A stretch of 64,000 nt of DNA, from contig OX597814.1 in the NCBI GenBank assembly GCA_951406725.2, positions 2,232,001 through 2,296,000 on the forward strand, given 5' to 3'. The stretch is from Octopus vulgaris (taxonomy: Eukaryota). The notes under the pieces are model-generated. The model saw only the letters and a list, made by a program, of their open reading frames with translations. It was not told the DNA's origin and searched no databases. Shown piece after piece: positions 39,232-51,970 of the stretch (position 1 is its first letter; the number at the start of each line of letters is the position of its first letter). A program made the translations under genes and the position numbers.

Positions 39232-40625
39232 AAACTAATCACCTTCCTTGAAGAAAATGACTTGCTGCCTGACACTCAACATGGTTTCCGACCAGGAAGA
39301 AGCTGCTTAACTCAGCTCCTACAACACTATGACTGGGTGTTGAAACGACTGCTCAACCATTCAAATGTGGAAGTCATATATCTCGACTTTGCAAAGGCCT
39401 TTGATAAAGTCGATCATGGAATGCTATGTCACAAACTGCGTGATCATGGCATAGTTGGAAAATTGGGAGAGTGGCTTCATGACTTTCTGAAGGATAGAAG
39501 TCAGGTGGTAGTAGCCACTTCCACTAACACGCAAATAGTGAGCGGTGTTCCGCAGGGCACTGTTTTGGGACCACTACTGTTCATAATGGCCCTCTCAGAC
39601 ATACCCTCAGCCACTCAGAGAGCCACGATCACAAGTTATGCAGATGATACAAAAGTTTCACAAGCAATACAGAACCCTGAAGACATGAAGCACCTGCAAT
39701 GTGAGCTGGACAAAATATACAAGTGGGCTGAAAAGAATAGCATGCATTTCAATGCTGAAAAGTTTCAAGCTCTATGCTATCAGCACGCAAAACTAAATGC
39801 AATACCCAATAAATACACTGGACCTGGAGGGACTGCAATCCCAGAGGCACAATCAGTGCGAGACCTGGGTATTTACATGAGTGATGATGCAACCTTTCAT
39901 GTGCATGTTGCTAAATTGGCAATGAAATCTAGGCGGCTGACCGGATGGATTCTTAGAACCTTCAGAACAAGAGACCAGGAAACCATGATGGTCCTCTGGA
40001 GGACACTTGTCCTAAGCCACTTTGACTATTGGTCTCAGCTATGGTCACCATCCAGTGTCAAGTTAATCACAGAACTTGAGGCGATCCAACGAAGCTACAC
40101 GAAAAAGATAGCCTCTGTGCAGCATATAAGCTATTCGGAAAGACTCAAGAGATTGAGACTCTATTCCTTAGAGCGTAGGCGAGAAAGATATGCCATAATA
40201 TACATCTGGAAGATCCTAGAAGGACTTGTCCCAAACTTTGGCATCGATAGTTACACAAATGCCAGAACTGGACGTCACTGCATAGTGCCAAGGACTCCAA
40301 ATTTGCCATCAAGATGTAGGACAAGATACTGTGATAGCCTGGGCTTCCGAGGCCCACGGCTCTTCAATATCCTCCCGAAGAACCTAAGAGACCTGTATGG
40401 GGTGGATGCAGATGTCTTTAAAATGAAACTGGATCTCTTCTTGTCAGGTATCCCAGATGAACCAACTTCACGGCAGGAGGTGCAGATGAGGGCAGCTGCA
40501 TCGAACTCTCTCATGCACCAAATGGCAATTGCTAAAAAGCATTCGTGAAGTAAAATCATGTAGCAACACCAAATGGCGGTGCCCCAGCATGGCCACAGCT
40601 AGTGAGCTGAAACTAGATAAATAAA
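39232..40625 (+). mobile_element. 5'-truncated CR1-group LINE with an uninterrupted RT/C-terminal ORF (39262-40548)
   Basis: QHGFRPGRSCLTQL, YLDFAKAFDKVDH, SGVPQGTVLGPLLF, YADDTK, RDLGI, YSLERRRERY, PDEP...AASNSL; (TAAA)n tail. Confidence 0.96.
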
Positions 40626-40904
40626 TAAATAATATATATATATATATGCATATATATATACGTAAATGTAGATATATCTATACGTATATATATGCATATG
40701 TGGGCAAAGGATTTTGAAACGTATACGACAAAAAATACGAAGTACGAGTACATGGTCTATGAAGTATTCTTTTGAACAACGAAAGACACAAATGGCACAC
40801 AAGAAAACAACATAAGGGACGACCCTTCATCAGTTATTGGCTGGTTTTCTAGTCTCGTATTTCGAGCATTTAACAACAATATAATCTTTCGATTAAGAGT
40901 ATAT

Positions 40905-41051
40905 TATTGTTTGCAGTCGTATATGTTTCTCAACAGCAGGGCTCATTAGCCACCAACGGAGCCACAAATGCAAAATATAATTTAGTCCAAGAGCGCACAA
41001 TGTTCATGATGGTCAGCAATGGTCTTCCTCGATCACAACTGGACGGCCATC
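40905..41051 (+). mobile_element. 3' end of an RTE-clade LINE
   Basis: VCSRICFSTAGLISHQRSHK C-terminal zinc-finger remnant, short 3'UTR, (ATGT)n tail. Confidence 0.7.
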
Positions 41052-41111
41052 ATGTATGTATGTATGTATGTGTGTATGTATGTATGTATGTGTATGCATG
41101 CATGTATGTAA

Positions 41112-41142
<31 letters not shown>

Positions 41143-41399
41143 TGAACATACGTACATCCATACAAGCGCGCGAGGGAGGAACGAAGTAGAAAATGCGGTA
41201 AAGGGACAGGAATGACTGACTTCAAATGCTTATTTATATCTCAATCAAATTCTCTGTATATCCACCCATTTACCAATTGTATAGAATTCACTCCCCGAGA
41301 TGTACCCTCCACCACCAGCTACGGGTACACCATAACCCTTACCAACACCGTTACTAATACCAACACAGCCAACTTACCGCCGCCACCGTTGTTATGCCC

Positions 41400-42210
41400 A
41401 ACATCATCACCATCGACATCATCATCATTATCATCATCACCGTCGTCGTCGTCATCATAGTCAACATCATCGTCACCATCATCACCATTACCATCATCAT
41501 CATCATCGTCTAAATCACCATCGTCATCACTATCATAACCGTCATCATCATCATCACAATCGATATCGTCATCATCACCATCGTGAACATCCTCCTCCTG
41601 ATAAGACTATCACTCCTCCTTCTCCTCCTCCTCCTCCCCCTCCTCTTCCTTCTCTTCCTCTTCTTCTGCTTCCTCCTCTTCTTCTTCCTCCTCCCCTTCT
41701 TCCTCCCCTTCTTCCTTCTTTTCTTTTTCCTTCTCTTCCTCCTCCACCTCCTCCCCTCCTTCACTTCCACCTCCTCCACTTCCTCTTCCTCCTCCACCTC
41801 CTCTTACACTTCCTTTTCCCTCTTCTTCCTCCTCCTCCCCTCCTCTTACTCCTCTTACTCCTCCTTCCCCTCCACTCCCCTTCTCCTCCTCCTCCCCTCC
41901 TCCCTTCATCCTCCTCCTCCTCGACCTCCTCTTCCTCCTCGTCGTCGTCGTCATCATTATCATCATTATCACCATCACTATCACCATCATCGTCATCATC
42001 ATCATCATCTTTATCATCATCATCATCATCATAATCATCAACATCATCATCTTTATCATCTTTATCATCATTATCACCATCACTATCATCATCATCGTCA
42101 CCAACATCCTCCTCTGCTACTAATATTATTCTTCCTCTCCTCCTCCTCCCCTCCGCTTTCTCATCATCATAATCGTCATCATCATCATCATCATCATCAT
42201 CAACATGACC
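41400..42210. repeat. (ATC)n and (CCT/CTT)n microsatellite block
   Basis: Directly visible. Confidence 0.93.
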
Positions 42211-42643
42211 ACCAGCATCTACCTCCTCCAACACCAGCAACACCGCTCCAACCCCCATCATTAACCTACTGGCGATCGCTATACATTACCCTGTCCTCTT
42301 CCCACCCCGACTGTCATCAACCCTGCTCCAGTTCTGCCGTCACCCGAAGCCGACGAAAACTCCAGCTCACACCTTCTAAGCTGAATATCAAAGGCGGGTG
42401 GATGTTAAGTTCTGTTACGGAGATTTTGAGGTAGAATGGCCGCCAGCTGGAAGTGAACGGGTGGGTGGGTGAGTGGGAGGGGGTATTCAAGTAGGGTTAT
42501 AGCAAGGGGATTAAAGACAAAGAAAAGGATGGATACACACACATACAGACACACACAGCGCACATGCTCATATACGCATATGGTATATGTATGTATATGT
42601 ATATATTTATATATATGCATATATATATGTATGCACATATACA

Positions 42644-42687
<44 letters not shown>

Positions 42688-43529
42688 CATACATACATAT
42701 ACATATATATATATATATTATAAAATATTATTATTAATATCAGAAAATAAATATTAGAAAATTCTTCAGAAAGATATATACGTATGTAAAATAATTGTTA
42801 TATTAAAATAAAAATATATATAAATATATGGAAATATGTAATAAGTATAAATATATAATAATAAATATGACATTTTAAAAGTTTCGAATGAAGTTTTTAA
42901 AACATCTTACCATCGTTTCGCAGAAGTCCTGTCCCTATAATGGTATCCTATATTGATAAGCATTTATAGACAACTCTTCTGCTCTTCAGAGATATAAAAT
43001 GTGAAATTTGTATAATTTAACGAATCGTAGTTTTTAAAAATATGAAGTAATATGGCAAAATGGTGTCTGTTTGAAATATCAAATAAAAATTTTATAATTA
43101 CTGCTTTTGATTTTGGTAAGTACAGTTTAGTATGAGAATCTTGAAATTCATATATTCCTCCTTGGTAACTCTTCGGTAGTAATCCATAATAATTATGTAT
43201 AAAATCCATTATATTGTCCTGTATTCCAAATATTGTTCATAGACTTAAATAATATAAAATAAAATTATTTGTGAAATTATAAAATTATTAATTGGTCAAA
43301 GTATTTCTTTTATATTTTTATATGTATAATTGGAAGATTACAATTAAAGTTTTAAATTTTTAATTTTAATGCAATTATAACTGTCCATTTGTTATAGATT
43401 AGAGGTACACGGGTTCTAATTCCAAGAATAACTATTCAATATTTATATAATGTATAATTTACGTCATGTAAATATGCGTATAGTCAATTAATTCTAATTA
43501 ATTTATCTATCTGTCTATTTATAAGTATC

Positions 43530-44495
43530 ACCTTATATTTTGATATCACAAAACGAGCATTTTCGACACTTTCTTTTTTATTTTAATCAAGGTTCTAAGG
43601 CTCGCGACATTTTTGTTGTGCATGAAGAGCCATAGCTGAAAGAACCGCTCGTGGTTGATTTTGAAATGTAAATTTTGACCGCAAAGTGGCTCCACGTTCT
43701 GGCCGTCCAGTTGAGTTCGATAAAGAACGATTAAACCAACTTTTGCACGAAAATTCTCATGAAACGACAAGGGAATGCTCCGACTGCTATAGAGAAGCAT
43801 CTCCACTCAATGGGAAAGGTTCAGAAGTATGGAGCATGGGCTCCGCATGCTTTAAGTGACAACAACAAAAATCAATAAGCCAAAATCTCCGCTGGTTTGC
43901 TTGTACGTCACCGCTCAACTCATGGACACAAGCAACGATTTCTTTACCGAATCGTTGCTGGCAACGAAAAATGGTGCTTGTACATCAATATGAAGCAGCG
44001 TAAGGAATGGCTTAGCCCCGTTAAACAAGCGACACCGCGCGTGAAACAAGATCTTCATCCGCGTAAAACGATGTTGTGTGTATGGTAGGACTGGGAAGGG
44101 ATTATCTATTACGAATTGCTTGAACGGAACCAAACGGTCAACGCGGAACTCTATGTTCAATAGATGGAACGACTCAACGCGACTATTCAAGAGAAAAGAC
44201 CTAATCGGCAGCATAGAGTTCTTCTGTTGCAAGGCAACGCCCGCCCTCATACCGCCAATATGACCAAGGAAGCCATTCAAACATATGGCTGGGAAGTGCT
44301 GCTACACACGCCGTACTCTCCTGATTTGGCACCAACGGATTTCCACCTCTCTCGATCTCTTTCAAATGCTAAGAAGTTGGGAAGAAGTTGTAAACAACAC
44401 GGGTGAATACATTATTGATTAAGTGGTTGTTATTTTTAATTAAACCTTTTAAAGAATTTAAATTTAAAAAACGGCGGGAACTTAGTTACGAAACC

Positions 44496-44498
<3 letters not shown>
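43530..44498 (+). mobile_element. Degenerate mariner transposon (left TIR not seen)
   Basis: WAPHAL, RIVAGNEKWCLYIN, LHPRKTMLCVW, LQGNARPH, HTPYSPDLAPTDFHL; right end AACTTAGTTACGAAACCATTA+TA. Confidence 0.9.
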
Positions 44499-44537
<39 letters not shown>

Positions 44538-44615
44538 CATATATCAATAGACGTCAAAAGACACTATTACCACCATAAATTGAACCCTCTCGATGACGGG
44601 TGTTTCTGGAACTAA

Positions 44616-44767
<152 letters not shown>

Positions 44768-44976
44768 AGTAGAAATGCTAAGAAAATTTTTTTGGCTGCT
44801 ATTTCTACTAAGTTCAGTATGTGGCAAAGTAATTTATTTTACTAAGCCCTAATTATATAATGTAATATTTTGAATTCGCCTTAAATGGTCCTTTTACATA
44901 CTGAACACTTGGTGAAATTGATTAATTAATTAATTTTACCCTCAATTGTTGATATATATATATATATATATATATA

Positions 44977-45175
44977 GTGACCTCGTGAATACCGCTGGCG
45001 ATTTTTTTTCCTCTGTCTTCCCTTCTCGGGATCTTTCCTTCTCCTATGTTTCCGACGAAGAGCTCCGCTCGAAACGTTAAACCCTCCTTCTTTCCTTCTT
45101 TCCTGAGCGTCCAATAATACTTTATTTGTTCCACGTCCTCCGTTGCTGTGTTTTTTTGTGTTTTCTTGTTTGGAT

Positions 45176-45180
<5 letters not shown>
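44977..45180 (+). mobile_element. (TA)n-flanked element with a minimal hammerhead fold (45048-45082)
   Basis: GTTT-CcGACGA-A-GAGC-TCC-GCTC-GAAA-CG-TT-AAAC. Confidence 0.65.
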
Positions 45181-45236
<56 letters not shown>

Positions 45237-45868
45237 TTATATATACACACATATGTGTGTGCGTGTATGTTTGTATAATTACGGATATGGACACAAATTG
45301 ACACACAGACACAAATATATTTATAAGAGTATGTGGATCCGTAGAGAAACAGATCGATGGATACATATATAAGTAGAGATATACAGATATATTTAAGCAT
45401 ATTTATTTAAACATACAACGCAAACACACACACACACGTATGTCTATATACATATATATATATGTATGTATGAAGATATATACGTGCATACGCGCAAACA
45501 CGCACACACACATATACATATATATATGCGTGTGTGTGTGTGTACACTCTGTGTCATAAGAGAATAAGAGCTCTTATCAATATTTACACTCTACTTCAGT
45601 ATTGAGTGCTTCTTTGCATTTTGTTTGTAAAATGGTGCGTGGAAGAGAGAAAGGTGAAAGTCTTTTGTTGACGGAGTAATTGAAGAGGCGGGGAAAGTTC
45701 AGTTGACATAGAAGAGAAATATATTAAAAGGGAAAGGTGACAAAGTGAAGAGGAGGGGGAGACACCTAGAGGTATGTAAGGGCTAGGGTGGGGAGGGCGA
45801 GGGCGGCGGGAGTGATAGAGGGAGCAGGGACTATGTACGGAAGGAAAGGTGTGAGTGAAGTAGAGGAG

Positions 45869-45899
<31 letters not shown>

Positions 45900-46261
45900 A
45901 GTGAGGTAGAGGAGGTATATGTGTGTGTGTGTGTGTGTGTTTAGACGGAGGTGAGGTAATTGCGGAGGCGGAGAAATGTGACACAGGAGCAGATTTAAAA
46001 AGAAAAGCTGACGGCGAGAGAAGGAGACGTAACGAGTTAAAGATTTGGGAGAAATGAGGTGAGAGAGAGAGAGAGAGAGGGGGGAGAATGTAGAGAGGAA
46101 GGGGAGAGAGAGAACGAAAGTGTGAGATAGGGAAAAGAAAAAAAGGAGGATGAGCGACGCGGAGGGGAACGGAACGGTAAAAACAGAGGAACCGAACAAT
46201 AGCTAACGTTGGCTTCGTGCTTGGATGTGTATAAACATATATATATATATATATAAACATA

Positions 46262-46355
<94 letters not shown>

Positions 46356-46709
46356 TGTGTGTGTGTCTGTGTCTGTGTGTGCGTTAATCCGGATGGTTTT
46401 ATATTTACAGATATTTATTAGTATGTTACGTTTTATATATATATATATATATGAAAAATCTGAAGATTCAGGAAAAAATTATATTACCTACACATAAGAG
46501 GGATGACCACTGAGTGGACATCCATTATGATAGAGGTAGACCCCATATGGTCTGACCACTAAGAAAAGATTGTTCTCAAGAAAATTCATCAAACGCCAGA
46601 ACGTATACATGTACTCTTTACCTATATATATATATGTATATTATATATATATATATATATACATACACGTGTGTGTGTGTATGTATGTATATATACATAC
46701 ATACACGTG

Positions 46710-47330
46710 GTCCTTACTGTATCGCTGGGAAGGTCTTCGGATACTTCCATGATCTTAGCTCCCAGCTCACTTTAGTATTGCAAGCAGAGCAGTTGGTATC
46801 TCTCTCAACCACGACCCTAACATTAGTAACCCTTGGAATCACAATAGGGGCCATTAGGAGTCTAGAAATTGCGGCTGGGGAATTCGGGAGAACCGACAAC
46901 AGCTTCTGACTCCTTCTGACGGAGGGTATGGACAAGAGCTGAATCCTTCTGCCATACATATGTCCTTCTAGCAGCAATCCATTCTAGCCAGGGTTTCATC
47001 ACAGTCTCCAACGGCTTCACAAAGCCGTCTGAATTGTTCAACGGTGTGGGGATGAACTCTGGTGCACGGACGCAGTGTCCTTTCTTGCTGACCACGGCTT
47101 CGCAGTCCTCATTTGCAGCTGTTGCATGTCCAGTCTGACATCCTTTACACTGCTCACAAAGCATTGACCAGCAGTCATGCAGATGGCATTTTGATGCCCG
47201 GCGTGAATCCTCATCATACAGGCAACTCTTTTCTAATGCACAGATGTCTTCCAGTCCTCCACTTCAGCTGACTTTTTCTCAACTACATCCTTAATGTCTT
47301 ATGCTCTCCAACGCCGTTGACTGTGCATCG
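46710..47330 (-). pseudogene. Internally deleted maT transposase relic
   Basis: DCEAVVSKKGHCVRAPEF joined to NSDGFVKPLETVMKPWLEWIAARRTYVWQKDSA. Confidence 0.8.
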
Positions 47331-47899
47331 AAGCCAAGCGCCAGTAATTTTTAAAATTCAGGTACTTATTCCATCAGTGCCGTTTGCCGAACCACTGGGT
47401 TACGGAGACGTAAACAAACACAACCGATCGTCAGACGGTGGCGGAGGTACAAACACAACACACACACACACACACACGTCAACATATATATGTATATAAT
47501 TGACTTCCTCACAGTTTCCGTTAACAAAATTCACACACTAGGCATTAATCAGTCCGAGACACTTTCCAAATAAACCGTACACTTAGGTTGAACCCGGAAC
47601 CACGGGGCTGCAATGCGAGGTTCTTAACCACAGAGCCATACTGTTGAGATAACGATATTTCCTGCGTTGAAGAAGGTAAAATTTGAAACAAGGACAGAAG
47701 GCATCGAAGCAAACGCTGTAAGGATTGCATTGTGTTTATTAAACACACACACACACACACACACACACATAAATTCACATACATACACTGAGAATCACAG
47801 ATAATATACACACATATACATACACACACGCGCCTTTGCACGTGAATGCGTATGTACATGTGTGAATGTGAATGTATGTGTGTATTTATATATGGGAAT

Positions 47900-48643
47900 A
47901 GAGAGAGACAGAGAGAGAGAGGATGAGAGGGAGAGAGAGGATGAGAGGGAGAGAGAGAGAGGGGACGAGAGATAGTGGAGTGAGTGAGAGAGAGAGGATG
48001 AGAGAGAGAGAGGATGAGAGAGAGAGAGAGGATGAGAGAGAGAGAGGATGAGAGAGAGAGAGGATGAGAGAGAGAGAGAGGATGAGAGAGAGAGAGAGAG
48101 GATGAGAGGGAGAGAGAGGATGAGAGAGAGAGAGAGGATGAGAGGGAGAGAGAGAGAGGGGACGAGAGATAGTGGAGTGAGTGAGAGAGAGAGGATGAGA
48201 GAGAGAGAGGATGAGAGAGAGAGAGAGGATGAGAGAGAGAGAGGATGAGAGGGAGAGAGAGGATGAGAGGGAGAGAGAGAGGATGAGAGAGAGAGAGAGG
48301 ATGAGAGGGAGAGAGAGAGAGGGGACGAGAGATAGTGGAGTGAGTGAGAGAGAGAGAGAGTGATGAGAGAGAGAGAGAGGATGAGAGAGAGAGAGGATGA
48401 GAGGGAGAGAGAGGATGAGAGGGAGAGAGAGAGGATGAGAGAGAGAGAGAGGATGAGAGGGAGAGAGAGAGAGGGGACGAGAGATAGTGGAGTGAGTGAG
48501 AGAGAGAGGATGAGAGAGAGAGAGGATGAGAGGGAGAGAGAGAGGATGAGAGAGAGAGAGGATGAGAGAGAGAGAGGATGAGAGAGAGAGAGAGGATGAG
48601 AGGGAGAGAGAGAGAGGGGACGAGAGATGGTGGAGTGAGTGAG
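47900..48643. repeat. (GA)n/GAGGAT minisatellite with a higher-order unit
   Basis: GGGGACGAGAGAT(A/G)GTGGAGTGAGT recurs 5 times. Confidence 0.95.
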
Positions 48644-48961
48644 GTTGGTGGCTAAGGTGTATTAAGTTGCATTTCTGTCTCTAAAAGTGTTAGTAAAGTA
48701 TAGTTTCAATTAGCATATATTAATTGCTTCTTGTATTTTAATGAGTGACAAATGTTAATTAATCCAGATAGCTATCGCTGTATCGTTTGTCTCCTTCTTC
48801 GGCTGAAAATCTCACAACTGGCTGCCGTAATTGATTACAGTTTCAATATCATGTTTAGTCTCAAGAGAATCTAAGGAATGTGGACGAATTCCATTGCACG
48901 CTTTGGCCAGAGAACCACTAACAAGTTGGCGACGACGGTTCTCATTGCAAGTTCACTTATA

Positions 48962-49190
48962 CAATACTCCCTCGCCATATCGCGGTTCACCTATCGCGGT
49001 TTATTATTTAAGCTTATGTCGATTCCTCTGTGGTGTTGTTTTGCTTTTGTAATAAAATAAATATATACAAATTATAAGAATAATAAAAAAAAAATGTACA
49101 GTACTATTTCTATTTCGCGGATCTTCTCCTCTCGCGGGAGTGAGGTTGGGGCGTTGGAACGTGTCACCCGCGATAGTCGAGGGATAACTG
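48962..49190. mobile_element. Tigger/pogo-type MITE
   Basis: TA-flanked; TIR CAATACTCCCTCGCCATATCGCGG vs CCCGCGATAGTCGAGGGATAACTG. Confidence 0.75.
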
Positions 49191-49229
49191 TACTCAGCTT
49201 GTATGATTTTGTTTTTTTATTTAAAATTC

Positions 49230-49845
49230 TTTATTTATTTCTTGACTGCTCACTAGGGGCTCAACATTAAAGAGGACAAACAAGGACAGAAAAAGGGATC
49301 ACGTCGATTACATCTACTCCAGTGCGTAACTGATACTTATTTAATCGACCCGGAAAGGATGAAAGGCAACGTCGATTTCGACGGAATTTGAACTCAGAAC
49401 GTAACGGTAGCTGAAATACCGCTAAGTATTTCGCCCGGCGTGCTACCGATTCTGCCAAAATAATCTTTTCTACTCTAGGCACAAAGCCTGAAATTTTTGG
49501 GGAAGGGGAAAGGCAGTGACATCGACCCCAGTACTTAACTGGTATTTAATTCATAAACCCCGAAAGGATGAAAGGCAAGTTGACCTCGACAGAATTTGAA
49601 CTCGTACAAAATACTTATTTCTTTACTACCCACAAGGGGCTAAACACAGATAGGACAAACAAGGACAGACAAACGGATTAAGTCGATTATATTGATCCCA
49701 GTGTGTAACTGGTACTTAATTTATCGACCCCGAAAGATTGAAAGGCAAAGTCGACCTCGGCGGAATTTGAACTCAAAACGTAACGGCGGACGAAATACCG
49801 CTAAGCATTTCACTCGGCGTGCTAACGTTTCTGCCAGCACGCCGC
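49230..49845 (-). mobile_element. Cluster of three SINE A units
   Basis: Long-tail unit, short-tail unit, long-tail unit; AAATAC|TTATTTC junction at 49614/49615. Confidence 0.88.
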
Positions 49846-50022
49846 TCTTTTCAAATTCGTAATTGAGACACGTATATAAGAGATGTGTGTTCAAATGTTA
49901 TTTGTTCGTAAAACACATATCGCTGATTTTGTGAAGGATATCATAAGTTTCCTTAAAAAGTATAGACATCTATTTTTCATTGAATCCAACTATTAATATT
50001 TAAAGAGAATATATGAATAATG

Positions 50023-50184
50023 GGCGCTGGTGTAGCGGTGTAGTAAGAAGCTTGCTTTCCACCTACGTGGTTCCCGGTTAAGTCCCACTGCGTGGCACTT
50101 CGGTCAAGTGTCTGCTACTATAACCTCGAGCCGACTAAATCCTCGTGAGTGGGTTAGGTAGATAGAAACTGAAAGAAGCCTATC

Positions 50185-50276
<92 letters not shown>

Positions 50277-50745
50277 ATAATATTTTTTATAAGCAAACCC
50301 GAAATGCTTTGCGAGTTACGGAGAGAAAGCTACTATGGAAGGCTCGTAGTATAATTACTGTACAGTAGCTACTATACAGTTATTATACTATGAGCCTTCC
50401 ATTGTAGCTTTCTCTCAGTAACCTGCAAAGCCTTCCGGGTTTGTTTATAAAAATATTATTTATGTCGTATCAAGATTATTTATGCCAATCAGATTCGCAA
50501 GGAGCCGTGTAAGCGTTGATTTGTGAGTTCGATTCAGCCTGAGGTTAGCTCATAATTTTTCGGTCATTTGTTTATATTTAAAAACTGTCGCTTTAAATCG
50601 GAGAATAAATATCATTATGATATATTATATAGAGTTATTGTATGTGTGTGTGCGTGTGTGTCTTTGAGTCTGCTCTCCTCCGCCGCTTGACAACCGGTAT
50701 TGGTTTGTTTACATCTCCGTAACTTAGCGGTTCGGCAAAAGCATA
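50023..50745 (+). mobile_element. SINE C interrupted by a palindromic insert in its (TA)n
   Basis: Head at 50023-50185; body resumes at ~50660 with CCGCTTGACAACCGG. Confidence 0.85.
50277..50459. repeat. ~183-bp spacerless imperfect palindrome
   Basis: Centre GTAG|CTAC at 50368/50369; arms ATAATATTTTTTATAAGCAAACCCG / CGGGTTTGTTTATAAAAATATTAT. Confidence 0.92.
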
Positions 50746-51970
50746 AAAATGATATGAAAAGAATAATTCCTTCATTTTACCGTGCAAATTTTAATGAGAG
50801 AAAAAAGTTAGTTATCAACCTCAGTACTTGATAAATCCCGAAAAACGCAGGGGCAAAGGTCGGTCGCGGCAGTATTCGAAACCAGAACATACTGGAAGAC
50901 AATGAATATCGTAGGACATTTTCCTTACCAGATGCTCGAACTCTCATGCCAGCGCTCTGCTTTGCACGAGTTCTTAATAGTATTGGTTTCAAATTTTGGC
51001 ACAATGCCAGCAATTTCAGTGGGAGAGGGAAGTTGATTACAACGACCAGTACTTCACTTGTATTTTATTTTATCAGCCCCCAAAAAGATGAATGTTAAAG
51101 TTGACTTCGGTAGAATTTCAGGTAAAAAGAGTCTGTAGATATACTGCTAAGCATTTTCTCCGACACGCCAATGATTCAGCAAGCTATCTGCTTTGTAATT
51201 TAATCATAACAATGGTACGAGACAAAGCAGTGAGCTTGGCAAAAACGTTAGCACGCCGGCGAAAATGCTTTACATTCTGAGTTCAAATTCTGCCGAGGTC
51301 GACTTTGCCTTTCATCCTTTCGGGGTCGATAAGTTAAGTACCAGTTGCGTACTGGGGTCGATCTAATCGACTGGCTTCCTCCCCATTTCGGGTCTTGTGC
51401 TCAGTGTAGAAAAGATAATGATGGTACCAGACATAAATAGAAGACCAGCTATTTTGAGGGGAGGGGTCTAGTCCAGTTGTTTTCAACCGGGATCCATGTG
51501 ACCGTTATAAAATTTATAGCTTATACTTTTATAACACAAAATATTTTTCTTTATTTAGTTCCAAATAATATTTATAAAAATACAGTAAGGTTCCCCAGTT
51601 CGAACTTGCATCAAGCATCTTCAGGCTAATAATAACATCGCAGTTTCACTTATCACTACTCAGAGCTCCCCCTCCGTAATTTACGTAGGGTCTGCAATGT
51701 AGCAGCCAAATGAAAGAAGGTACTCTCTCTTGACATGCCGTTAGATTAACTGGAAATCGAGGAGGCGACCACCGAACGATGGACATTTATGGTCTTAAAA
51801 GCAGTTGGCAAAACAGAGGATAGAAGTCACACCAGACGGCGTCTAGCTTAGAATTGGTGTGATCGGAGATTGATTCAATGCAGACAATCAAGTGACTATG
51901 AATTATGTTACTAGTCTCACCTAGAAATGTGTGCCTGGAGGAAGATCCCTGAGACAAAGATGTAACTGTT

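Noticed and set aside
40820-40870. Minus-strand GAAA...CTGATGA (type-II hammerhead order)
   Set aside because: I could not form convincing stems I and II; at most a decayed repeat.
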